Origin: Nitrosopumilaceae archaeon
GTDB lineage: Archaea; Thermoproteota; Nitrososphaeria; Nitrososphaerales; Nitrosopumilaceae
Length of the DNA: 64,000 nucleotides
Direction: 5' to 3'
Assembly: GCA_965200155.1 (NCBI GenBank)
Contig: CBDATR010000024.1
Span: 32,001 to 96,000, forward strand
Part shown: piece after piece, positions 53,311 to 63,268 of the stretch
Layout: the number at the start of each line of letters is the position of its first letter
Position numbering within the stretch: position 1 is the first letter of the stretch
Notes under the pieces: model-generated
Databases searched by the model: none
What the model was told of the DNA's origin: nothing
What the model saw: the letters and a program-made list of their open reading frames with translations, nothing else
Position numbers and translations under genes: made by a program

Positions 53311-54441
53311 TCAGTCCGGATCCTCATACTGTTCTTTACGAGTAATCTTGACAGAGTCACGCTCCTGCATCTTGTCCGAGAGACCTTTCATACGCGCCTT
53401 GTACCCTTCGGCATATTCCAGCTCACTGGGAACCAGCGTTGCCGGATGAACAAAGCCCTGGCTACGTATTGCTATTGCCCTTTCAGTAGCTATTCGCCTT
53501 ATTACATCCCAGTCCGGCGTGGAGAACCCATCAAAGGGGCCTGTGAACATGCCATTGTGCATACTAAATACGGCGGCCTCCACTATGGGTATGCAGAAGT
53601 TTATGGTGGCTGCAGAGTTCAGAGTAACGGGCATCAGTGGCATATTGTGACTCCCCCGTGTGTTTCCTGCTACTAGGTGGGGGTTATTGAATACGCTACC
53701 CGCTTCCTCGGTGGCGGGGAATCTCTTTTGTGTCCGGACTATGCATATGGGATCATCCTTGCCCACATATGTCCCCGCTATATTGTGCAGACGATCTGTA
53801 GATGCCGCAAGTATGGGCTCGTCATCTTTTGTGGTCACTGACTCTATTACGTATCGGCCCGGATACATCAGGGCCGCCTCGAGTAGTGGTTTGTCCCCCC
53901 ACAGGTCGAGGGACGCAACCCTGCCCTCCTCTACGTCCATAATGTTGAATCGTACGCCTTCTGCCAGTGAATTATTGACTATAAGACCGGTGTTGCTTAT
54001 TGCATCCACAAATAGTCGGTACATGGGATAATTGAACGCTCCCGGTTCTGTCTTGTCCGCGGCGAACACAACAAACGCCTCGTTTGCCCTTTCCTCGAAT
54101 TCCATCTCCGCGGCTCCGGGCCCCATACCCTTTACGTTTCCAGAGAAGGAGTCGCTGAGCAGATCCTGGCCTGCACCATACAGACCCTGATTCCTGGCCG
54201 CTTGTGTACCTGCCATAAACGCGTCCCATACCAAGCCGTGTATGTCCTGATTATCCGTTCCCTTGGTATGACTCATTATGATATGGACATCATCGCCACA
54301 GTATCCTATGTAGTAATCTAGGAGTATGTCCTTTGAATCCTGTACGGTATCCCGAACAGCATTGAGTAATCTGTCGCTGGGTCTGGTATGGCCACCGATT
54401 CCTCCCACGTCTGCCTTTATGGCCGAGACCGTTATTTTCAT
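53311..54441 (-). CDS. fbp: Fructose-1,6-bisphosphate aldolase/phosphatase (class V)
   Basis: IKADVGG..GH, CGDD, GLYGAGQDLL, DKTEPGAFN, YVGKDDP, RGSH motifs. Confidence 0.96.
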   Translation of the reverse strand: MKITVSAIKADVGGIGGHTRPSDRLLNAVRDTVQDSKDILLDYYIGYCGDDVHIIMSHTKGTDNQDIHGLVWDAFMAGTQAARNQGLYGAGQDLLSDSFSGNVKGMGPGAAEMEFEERANEAFVVFAADKTEPGAFNYPMYRLFVDAISNTGLIVNNSLAEGVRFNIMDVEEGRVASLDLWGDKPLLEAALMYPGRYVIESVTTKDDEPILAASTDRLHNIAGTYVGKDDPICIVRTQKRFPATEEAGSVFNNPHLVAGNTRGSHNMPLMPVTLNSAATINFCIPIVEAAVFSMHNGMFTGPFDGFSTPDWDVIRRIATERAIAIRSQGFVHPATLVPSELEYAEGYKARMKGLSDKMQERDSVKITRKEQYEDPD

Positions 54442-54606
54442 TGTATTGTTTTGCCATATACTTTGATTTATTTGTTGAATTTTGGGACTCTGCTCCGCGT
54501 ATACTGTATGGCTATGCTGGGCATCCCATACCTGCTTGGCGGTTCTCTGATGATGTGGCGAACGCACTTGCCGCGCGTAACATTGTCCGGGATTTATGCC
54601 ATGAAT

Positions 54607-54891
54607 CTAGCGCATCATGTGCTCCACTAGTCCCCGCACAAACCCCTCAAACTCCGAGTCATCAAAGCGTATGGTGGTGTGATTGGCACCGGCTTGCTGT
54701 TTTAAGTGATTGCAAGAATGGTTTGGATCAAAGTAGTATCCGAGACATGAACAGTAACTTGTATCGGGATCCAGCCAGTACTCATCTTCCCGGCCCACCA
54801 CAGTCCACAACCGCCTACCACTGGGCTCAAAGATGTGAAGCTTTACTCTCCTTGGGGCGTCATGGCTCATTGTCATATGGGAATAAGACAT
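54607..54891 (-). CDS. SWIM zinc-finger protein
   Basis: WTVVG...YCSC.G......CNH; start uncertain. Confidence 0.75.
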   Translation of the reverse strand: MSYSHMTMSHDAPRRVKLHIFEPSGRRLWTVVGREDEYWLDPDTSYCSCLGYYFDPNHSCNHLKQQAGANHTTIRFDDSEFEGFVRGLVEHMMR

Positions 54892-54991
54892 TCTAGTAAA
54901 ATTTTGTGTGGCGCATTGCTACATGGGTTCACGCATATGCACTACTGGAATTAGCCCGTACTCAAGAACAAATACGTGACCTGTATTGTTC

Positions 54992-57900
54992 CTATATTTC
55001 GTAGGGCCTGATGGAGTCTCGGGTAGTCTTGTTTGTTCTCATCCATTCTAGCGTATTGATGAAAGCGTCCGCCAACTCCACCGTAGTAAGAACGGGTATG
55101 CCCAGTTCCAGTGCCTTCCGGCGAATCTGGTATTCGTCCTCCAGCATACCCACATACTTTTCCAGCGTACTGGTACTGGGTATGTTTATGATAAAGTCTA
55201 CCTCGCCTTTATACAACAGATCCGCGATATTTGGCTGCCGATCAGGCTCAGATATCTTGTGCACCACCTTGATGGCGCCCAGTTTCTCCTCGAAGAATTC
55301 TGCGGTATGCTCTGTGGCCAGTATGTTGAATCCCATGGGTATGAGTTTGGCTATGCTGGGCAGCAACACTTCCTTATTCCGCAGGCCTCCTGCAGTTACA
55401 AGAACCGTACCATTTGTGGGCAGGTTATACCCCACTGCAATCAACCCTTTTGTGAGCGCGTCATAAAAGCTCTCTCCAAAACATGCAGCCTCGCCGGTTG
55501 AATGCATCTCCACACCTAACGTTAGATCCGCGCCCTCCAGCTGCATAAACGAGAATTGTGGTACCTTTATTCCAAAGTTGTCGAGATGCCGCCATTTCTC
55601 CACGGGAATGTCCGAGAGGGCCTCACCCATTATGGCCTTGGATGCCAGCGTTATCAGGTTCATCCGTATCAGTTTCGACACAAAAGGCATGGAGCGTGAT
55701 GCCCTGACGTTCAATTCTATTACGTATGCAAGATCGTCATGTATCAAAAATTGTAGGTTAAATGGTCCCCGTATGTTAAACGTTCTGGCTATCTTGGTGG
55801 AATACTCGGTTATTGTCTGGATGATCCTGTTACTCAGCCTCCATGGCGGTATGCACATCATTGCATCTCCGGAATGCACGCCAGCACTGTCTATGTGCTC
55901 CACTATGGCACCTATGATGACATTATTCCCGTCTGATATGCCATCTACATCCACCTCCAGCGAGTCCATCATGAACTTGGATATCACAACAGGGTGATCT
56001 GGCGATACGTTGGTTGCTTTCTGGGCGTATGTCTTTAGCTCCTCGGCAGACCAGACCACTTTCATTGCCGCTCCTGAGAGTACGTATGAGGGTCGCACTA
56101 GTACTGGAAATCCTACCTCCTGTGCGAACGCGCGCGCCTCTGTTATCTTGGAGAATGCCTGCCAGGATGGTTGCCGAATGTGAAGCTTGTCCATCTCTGC
56201 ACTAAACTTGGAACGATCTTCTGCGCGATCAATATCTGTGGCCGAGGTGCCCAGTATGCGTATGCCCGCGGCGGCCAATCCCGGAGTGAGGTTGTTGGCT
56301 GTCTGCCCGCCCACGCACGTAATTACTCCCTGGGGGTTCTCAAATTCGGCGATATCTCTTATGCGTTCGTGGGTGAGTTCCTCAAAGTACAGCCTGTTGC
56401 ATATGTCATAATCTGTGGATACCGTCTCCGGATTGCAGTTGACCACCACCGCGGGCGTATTGTTCTGTGCGCGTATACCCCAGACCATATTTACCGTGCC
56501 CCAATCAAACTCCACACTACTGCCTATGCGGTATGGACCGGCACCTACCACTATCACTGCACGCTCCTGCGGCTTTGGGATATCGTGGTCTATTCCGCCA
56601 TATGTCATGTATAGATAGTTCGTGGTAGCGGGCCATTCCGCGGCAAGGGAGTCTATCTGCTTGATGTATGGTTGTATGCCCATGCTTTGGCGCAACTGCC
56701 GTACGTATTCCTGATCCTGGGATATGGCACGTCCTATCTGGGAATCGGAGAATCCAGCCTTTTTGGCCTCCTCCATTAGGGAAGTATCCGGAATGCCCTC
56801 TCTCAGGCGGCCTGACACCTCCACTATGTGGCGGAGCTTCTCGACAAACCATGGGTTTATGGACGATAGTTTGGCTATGCGTTTGGTGTCAAATCCGTGC
56901 ATTATGGCGGCGCACACCAAGAATAGTATGCTATCATCAAAGTGGGTCAGCCTGTACTCTAGGTCCTCTTCGGTATACTTTGCCATATTCTGGCGGTTCA
57001 GCACCAGTCCGTCGGCCCCAATATCCAGCATACGTACCGCCTTTTGTACTGACTCCTCGAACGTATGGCCTATGCCCATCACCTCGCCCACCGACTTCAT
57101 GGTGGGTCCAAGCTTTCGCTCTACCAAGTCAAACTTTGCAAAGTCCCACCGGGGATGCTTGCACACTATATAGTCCAGGGATGGCTCAAAACAGGCCGTC
57201 GTCTTCTTGGTTATGGCATTGCTCATCTCGTGCAGACTGTAGCCAAGGCCTATCTTTGCAGACATGTATGCTAGGGGGTACCCTGTAGCCTTGCTTGCCA
57301 GTGCTGATGAGCGTGAAAGCCTGGGGTTGACCTCTATGGCTACATACTTTTCAGAATCAGGATCCAACGCAAACTGTATGTTACACTCTCCCACTATGCC
57401 TATATGATCCGCCGCCCGGAGGCCCGCGGATCTCAGCATGTGGTACTCCCGGTTGTTGAGTGTCTGGGATGGGGCCACGACTATATTGTCTCCTGTATGC
57501 GCCCTCATGGATAACACATTCTCCATGTTACATACAATTACACCGTTTCCTGTGGCGTCACGCATTATTTCGTACTCAATCTGTTTCCAGTCGCCTATGT
57601 ATTCCTCTATCAGTACCTGGCCTACCATGCTGGCCTTTATGCCTCGTTCCACTATTTCGTGCAGCTCCAATTCGTTGTGGGCTACCCCGCCGCCCTTGCC
57701 GCCCAGTGTATATGCCACTCGTATTATAACCGGGTATCCAAGCGCCTCTGCCACGCGTTTTGCGTCATCAAATCCCGTGACTGTCTCGCTGGGGAGCACT
57801 GGTACGCCACACTGTATCATGGCATCTTTGAATCGTTGTCTGTCTTCGGTCATCTGTATGCCGCTTATCTCTGTCCCCAACACTCTTACACCATATTTCT

Positions 57901-58248
57901 CAAGAATGCCATCCTCGTACAGCTTGACACCGCAGTTAAGGGCGGTCTGGCCCCCGTATGAGAGCATTATGGCATCGGGCCTCTCCTGCTCTATCACTGA
58001 TTCAACGTACTGGGGCGTAACAGGTAACAGATACACCTTGTCCACGAACCGGGTATCTGTTTGGATGGTAGCGATGTTTGGGTTTATCAGTATGCTTCGA
58101 ATTCCATCTTCCTGTATGGCCTTGAGACATTGACTACCGGAGTAGTCGAATTGGCGGCCGCTTAAAGGCGACTTTCGCCGGCTTCTCCGATCTTTATTGC
58201 CCCACTGCCTAATACCAGTATGCTATTCAGTGTATCATCTTTGGGCAG
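54992..58248 (-). CDS. carB: Carbamoyl-phosphate synthase large subunit, split: exon 1 58248-58174, exon 2 58150-54992 (1077 aa if joined)
   Basis: Exon 1 (L/M)PKDDTLNSILVLGSGAIKIGEAGE; exon 2 FDYSGSQCLKA...; two ATP-grasp halves and an MGS domain. Confidence 0.93.
58151..58173 (-). other. Candidate 23-nt BHB-type mRNA intron in carB
   Basis: AGUCGCCUUUAAGCGGCCGCCAA; central helix GGCG/CGCC flanked by AAA and AAU; in-frame stop if unspliced. Confidence 0.8.
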
Positions 58249-59356
58249 TGCTTCCCTCCATCATTTTTTGCAGCTCCGCAAAGACAAACTCGCAGTCATA
58301 CGGACCAGGGGATGCTTCGGGATGAAACTGTACCGCTATGCACGGCTTCTCCTTGTGTCGTATACCTTCTACGGTGTTGTCATCGGTGTTTATGAACCAT
58401 AAGTCAAACTCCGAATCGGCCAGCGAATCGGTGTCTATCGCGTAACCATGATTCTGGCTGGTTACGTATACCTGGCCATCGGCCACATTCAGGCAGGACT
58501 TGTTCTGGCCTCGGTGGCCGTACTTTAGCTTGTATGTCTGTGCCCGTCCAGCCAGGCCAATTATCTGGGCGCCTAGACATATTCCCAACGTTGGGATGCC
58601 ATTATGTATCAGATTTTTGGCGGTGTTTATGGTATCCGGGCAATGTTGTGGATCGCCGGGTCCATTACTCAGTATGACACCAACAGGATCATGTGATAGT
58701 ATTTCCTCAATGGGTGTGTTATATGGCACCCTTACTGCCTTGTATCCCATTTTTACAACATTCCGGAGTATTGCATTCTTGATTCCCGCATCTATGACTA
58801 CAATGCTGCGCCCTTTACCATACTCCACTGCCTTGTCCACCGATACCTTCTCTACCAGCCTCTCCATTCCATATCTGGGCGCCTTATCCAGCTGGCTTTT
58901 GAGCTTCTCAACATCAATGGGATCCTCAGATACCGCCAAGGCAGCCATACGTACCCCGCTAATGCGAAGAGACTTTGTCAGTGAACGGGTATCAATACCG
59001 GATATTCCCGGAATCTTTTGGGAGTGCAACCACTGGTCCAGGGTCATTTCAAGACTCCAGTGACTGGCCGTCTCAGATATGCTTTGTACAACCAGCCCCC
59101 GTACCTGTATGCGGTCAGACTCAAAGTATTCAGTAATCCCGCTCTCGCTTACCTGATCAGGATTGGGAATCCCGTAGTTGCCCACCAGCGGATATGTTAT
59201 GGCCAGTATTTGTCCCCCGTATGAGGGATCAGTTAGTGTCTCTGTATAACCAACCATTCCAGTGTTGAATACGGCCTCGCCAAATACTGTCGTTGGATAC
59301 CCAAAACCCTGGCCCTCAAGCACTGTACCGTCATCCAGTATCATGCAACCGTGCAT
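58235..59356 (-). CDS. carA: Carbamoyl-phosphate synthase small subunit
   Basis: FNTGMVGY, LTDPSY, SNGPGDP, GICLG, SQNHG, QFHPEASPGP motifs. Confidence 0.97.
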   Translation of the reverse strand: MHGCMILDDGTVLEGQGFGYPTTVFGEAVFNTGMVGYTETLTDPSYGGQILAITYPLVGNYGIPNPDQVSESGITEYFESDRIQVRGLVVQSISETASHWSLEMTLDQWLHSQKIPGISGIDTRSLTKSLRISGVRMAALAVSEDPIDVEKLKSQLDKAPRYGMERLVEKVSVDKAVEYGKGRSIVVIDAGIKNAILRNVVKMGYKAVRVPYNTPIEEILSHDPVGVILSNGPGDPQHCPDTINTAKNLIHNGIPTLGICLGAQIIGLAGRAQTYKLKYGHRGQNKSCLNVADGQVYVTSQNHGYAIDTDSLADSEFDLWFINTDDNTVEGIRHKEKPCIAVQFHPEASPGPYDCEFVFAELQKMMEGSTAQR

Positions 59357-59714
59357 ATTCGTGTAAGTGGACTTTTTTGTGGTTATTTTAAACCCTCATG
59401 AAGTACAAGGAACTAGAAATTTAAACGTAACAACCCTTGGCTCACTCCATATTGTGGACGCGTTCATGCATTGGATATTTGGTGAAATGCGCACAATTTG
59501 TTGACAAGATTTGGTCTGTAGTCTGAATTTGTCACTATATTATACCGGAATAGATCTACCGAGAATGTTTCATACACCGCAAGTGTCTGATAATCACGGG
59601 ATTTGACGAAATACTGATTTTGTATCTTGTGCGCCTAGCCGGTATCATGATAGCCTAAAGTGTGTTCTGAGTGCCATATACTGGCATCTTGGCAGATTTC
59701 TATGCGCCAATAAC

Positions 59715-61014
59715 TAGTTTGCTGCATAACTCCAAACAAGTTAGATTAGAAATATGTGAGGAATGGTTTGAGTATTTTCGTTCATTCTGTCAGTGATTAC
59801 TAGATTGGATCCAAGCATTAATAGCTGAGATTTTTTAAACAAACTTGATGGTATTCACCGACAATGCCAAGTACGTCCAGCGGAAGGCTATTTGGCTTTG
59901 ATCATGTATGGGATTGAAAAGGCCAACCATAAAGGAGGGTGCTCCCTGCCAGTATGCAGTGGGCATATTACATGACACTGAGAACGGCATTAGGTATGAG
60001 ATACAGGCAGGTATCCGGATTCCTTGCAGGACTACTGGAAAGGCACCAAACCCCGTACTACTCCACTATACAGACGCGGAAGAGATTGGCATAGACAAGG
60101 GGAATGACATGATTATTGGCACAGACAAAAAGCTGACTAGAACCATGATTGTGGACTCGACCGGCCTTGAATCGTGGTGAGTGGATAAGAGCCAAATGGA
60201 AAAAGAGGCGCGGATTCATCAGTGCTCGCGGACTGGGAGAGCATATGCATTTACGGTTACCGGCGAGTGGGTTGGGGATACGCGCATGTTAAACAATGCA
60301 GTACTGGGCTCGTATGCAGAAGAGCCACAACTGGACAGGGAGCACACCCTGGAATTGGAAAGTTCCGGACCCATTGCAACAGTTGCCATTTCTGGCAGGA
60401 TCAACAGATAAGCCACCACCCGGAAACGCGCTGACTAACGGTGTGTCCCCCTTATCTAATAATGATGAAAAGCGCGCATTTAATCTGGAATTACTTGTGG
60501 ATGACACATACGCATCCAGGGATAACATGAAATTGTGCAGTCATAATCGAATCCGGACAACCATTCCACTTCAGCTAAATTCCACCAAAGGAAAGGCAAC
60601 TCATGGGGACTTGCAGTCTTGGAGGAAGTCCGGAATCGCCCATTTTCCATGTGAGTTCACCTGTGTCTAAATTTACGCACAACTGATCGCGACAGTTAAT
60701 GTGATTTGTGCATAAGATTCCGGAAGACGTGAACTCATACCATTTTCCGCCTTTCTGATGAGGAAAAGGTTGAAAACAAGCAGTACTGGAAGGCGGCAAA
60801 AGGATACAACAGGCGATGGATAATTGAGATGATCAGAGTCGATTCCCGTTCAAACGATTATTCGGGCACGGATTAATGGAGAGGAAATGTGATAACATAG
60901 TACAGGAAATCACAATGAGGGTAGCCAAGTACAACGAGTGGGTGGACGCGGCAGCAACGTAGATCACGACATGGGGAACCTGTATTCTGTCAAAGTCAGT
61001 TATGCAACAAACTC
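59715..61014 (+). mobile_element. Decayed IS5-family (IS903-like) element, copy B, with nested MITE
   Basis: TIRs AGTTTGCTGCATAACT / AGTTATGCAACAAACT; paralog of 7116-8293. Confidence 0.82.
60649..60740 (-). mobile_element. 92-bp MITE, copy 20
   Basis: TSD CATTTTCC; one TIR mutated (ATGTGAGTTCAC); the empty site is seen in copy A near 8046. Confidence 0.95.
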
Positions 61015-61021
61015 CAAATAA

Positions 61022-62063
61022 TCAATAGTACGAAAAGTAAGTCCGCTTAGGATCCGGCGTACAGTAGCTGACTATTTCAGATTGCACAAGCCAGATGGTA
61101 AAGAGAATAACAGAGGAATCAAGACAGTACATCATAAGACAACGCAAAAGAGGCGTTGCCGCCACCAAAATAGCTCAAGACCGGAACATCAGTTCAAGAC
61201 ATGTACGAAGATTGTGAACCAGAGAACGGGAACGACTCGAGTAAAGATGGGCAGGCCTATTATACCAATCACCGCCACCCAGATACGAATGGTAACTGAA
61301 GCATATCACAAGGATCCCGCCGGAGTAGTATGTATTGCAAAGAGGCTTAGACAGAATTACAATATATCATATCGCGCAGTATATCGCATAATGAAAAAGA
61401 ACGGTACGGCAGGATCATCACCTGCAAAGTCAAGAAGACGAAAGTGGGTACGCTATGAGCGTAAATATTCCAATGCAATGTGGCACGTAGACTGGCATGT
61501 CATGAAAGATGAGCGCTTCAAGGGACTGAATCTCATCACATACCTTGATGATGCATCTAGGTGCATCGTCGGAGCGGCACTATTTGAGCATGCAACCTCA
61601 GAGAACGCCGTTCTATTACTGAGACTGGCGATAAAGAGATTCGGCGCCCCTGCATCCATACTATCGGATAACGGCGCGTGTTTCGTAGGACAGAATAGTC
61701 ACAAAAAGGGCAAAAAGAACTGGAAACCCACACTATTCGAGGAAGAACTGCTGGATCAAGACATCATACTAATCAATTCCAGGCCATACCACCCGCAGAC
61801 AAATGGCAAACTGGAGCGCTTCCATAGAACGATTGAGGACGAGGGGACTCTTATTTAAGAGTCCAATGAGATATGGTATTATGACAGTCTCCGGGATTAT
61901 GTGGACTACTACAATGAGAGAAGATTGCACTTCTCACTGGATATAGATAACGGCGAAACGCCGCTTCAGGAATAAAAAGGCGACCCAGACAATTAGGGCA
62001 AATGATGCAAAATGGATGGAGCGGGATACCAATGACTAGCGGACCGACTTTTCATACATTACA
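61022..62063 (+). mobile_element. IS481-family element (transposase disrupted)
   Basis: Ends TCAATAGTACGAAAAGTAAGTCC / GGACCGACTTTTCATACATTACA; 15-bp direct repeat ACAAACTCCAAATAA; WHVDW, LDDASR, LSDNG, HPQTNGKLERFH motifs. Confidence 0.9.
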
Positions 62064-62115
62064 ACAAACTCCAAATAACACAAACTCTATAATGCTTGAG
62101 ATATTTTGTCATGTC

Positions 62116-62460
62116 ATGGAAGAGAAACGTGGGTACATTAGTCGCGCCCTAAGTGGGACAGACAAGATTATACGTGAAAGCGTAGCTGCCGCGGATCATG
62201 TCATAGAGGGGGCCGTAGAAACGGGCCGTCCCGTAGCTGAGGAAGTGGGCAAAATCGGTGATCAAATAGGCAGAGATGTTACTAGCGCCTCCAAGTCCGG
62301 CGCCAAAATGGTAATGAATGGCGTGGGCGGTGTAACCGGATCAGTAAAGGGTAACGATGCAGTTGAAACGCTGGAGCGGCTGGGGTACCTGTGGAAGGAA
62401 GGCCTGATTACGGATCAGGAATTCCAAGATGTGAAACGTAGATTATTGGCGCGGATATGA
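62116..62460 (+). CDS. Hypothetical protein with C-terminal SHOCT-like domain
   Basis: LERLGYLWKEGLITDQEFQDVKRRLL; start inferred. Confidence 0.75.
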   Translation: MEEKRGYISRALSGTDKIIRESVAAADHVIEGAVETGRPVAEEVGKIGDQIGRDVTSASKSGAKMVMNGVGGVTGSVKGNDAVETLERLGYLWKEGLITDQEFQDVKRRLLARI

Positions 62461-62464
62461 TTTT

Positions 62465-62914
62465 ATGGGAAAGTCTAATATCTTCGGCGCTGATGAGCAA
62501 AGAGAGGTAAATCCTAACTGGTTCACCGATAGAGTCTGGATGAAAGTGTTATCTAATAAAATAGGTGCAGACAAGCAAGATGTCTATCATGTTCACTTTC
62601 CGGGTGGCGCACGCACAAAGATTCACAAACACAATGGATCCCAATTACTTATAGTCACAGAAGGACGCGGGAGTCTGGAAATGTACAAGACAGATGGAAC
62701 AGGGGATGCCTTCGACATAGAGAAACTAGAGGATATACCATTGCTCACCGGAGATGTGGTGCATATACCACAAGATACACTGCACACTCATGGCTCAACT
62801 GATGAATCCAAAATTTTCTCCCATATTGCGATAAATAACAGGCCCTGCGGTGTGGGCGAATATGTAACTCAATGGTACGAGTCCACCGGAAACCAGGTTA
62901 CCGCCAGAATATGA
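62465..62914 (+). CDS. Cupin domain protein
   Basis: FPGGARTKIHKH..SQLLIVTEGRG and GDVVHIP....HTHG motifs. Confidence 0.88.
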   Translation: MGKSNIFGADEQREVNPNWFTDRVWMKVLSNKIGADKQDVYHVHFPGGARTKIHKHNGSQLLIVTEGRGSLEMYKTDGTGDAFDIEKLEDIPLLTGDVVHIPQDTLHTHGSTDESKIFSHIAINNRPCGVGEYVTQWYESTGNQVTARI

Positions 62915-63021
62915 TACATGTTATGGCCTTTTTTAACTAATTTTAATAGATTGGATGTATCTGAATCAAAGAATCATATTAAAAACGCGGAAATGTATTT
63001 GATATTTTGTGGTACATTTGG

Positions 63022-63113
63022 GTATGAGTTCACGTCTTCCGGAATCTTGTGCACAAATCACATTAACTGTCGCGATCAGTTGTGCGTAAATTTAGACACA
63101 GGTGAACTCATAC
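63022..63113 (+). mobile_element. 92-bp MITE, copy 21 (no TSD)
   Basis: TIRs; flanks ACATTTGG / AGATATTT differ. Confidence 0.93.
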
Positions 63114-63268
63114 AGATATTTTTCAAAAATTTCTTGTACCTGGTATGCTTGTGCATAATGTGTAAATTATGCAACCCGGATACTACGAGATCTTCCCGGA
63201 ATTCCTCACGACTGCCATCATATACCTGACTTAATTTACGATATACCTTTAGCATTCGAATTACATGC
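63114..63268 (-). pseudogene. 3' fragment of the IS5-family transposase
   Basis: Near-identical to 23514-23669. Confidence 0.88.

Noticed and set aside
54992-58045. ORF-track start of carB at 58045
   Set aside because: It omits 60 conserved N-terminal residues that are present upstream.
58151-58173. carB break as a programmed frameshift, pseudogene or MITE footprint
   Set aside because: Frameshifting would leave extra residues in an invariant motif; the rest of carAB is intact; there is no 8-bp duplication or MITE similarity; the BHB rule gives exact repair. A pseudogene cannot be fully excluded without RNA data.
634-63229. Many short ORFs containing YEFTSSGILCTNHINCRDQLCVNLDTGELI, MSSPVSKFTHN or HKIPEDVNSY
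   Set aside because: These are read-throughs of the MITE in different frames, not a protein family.
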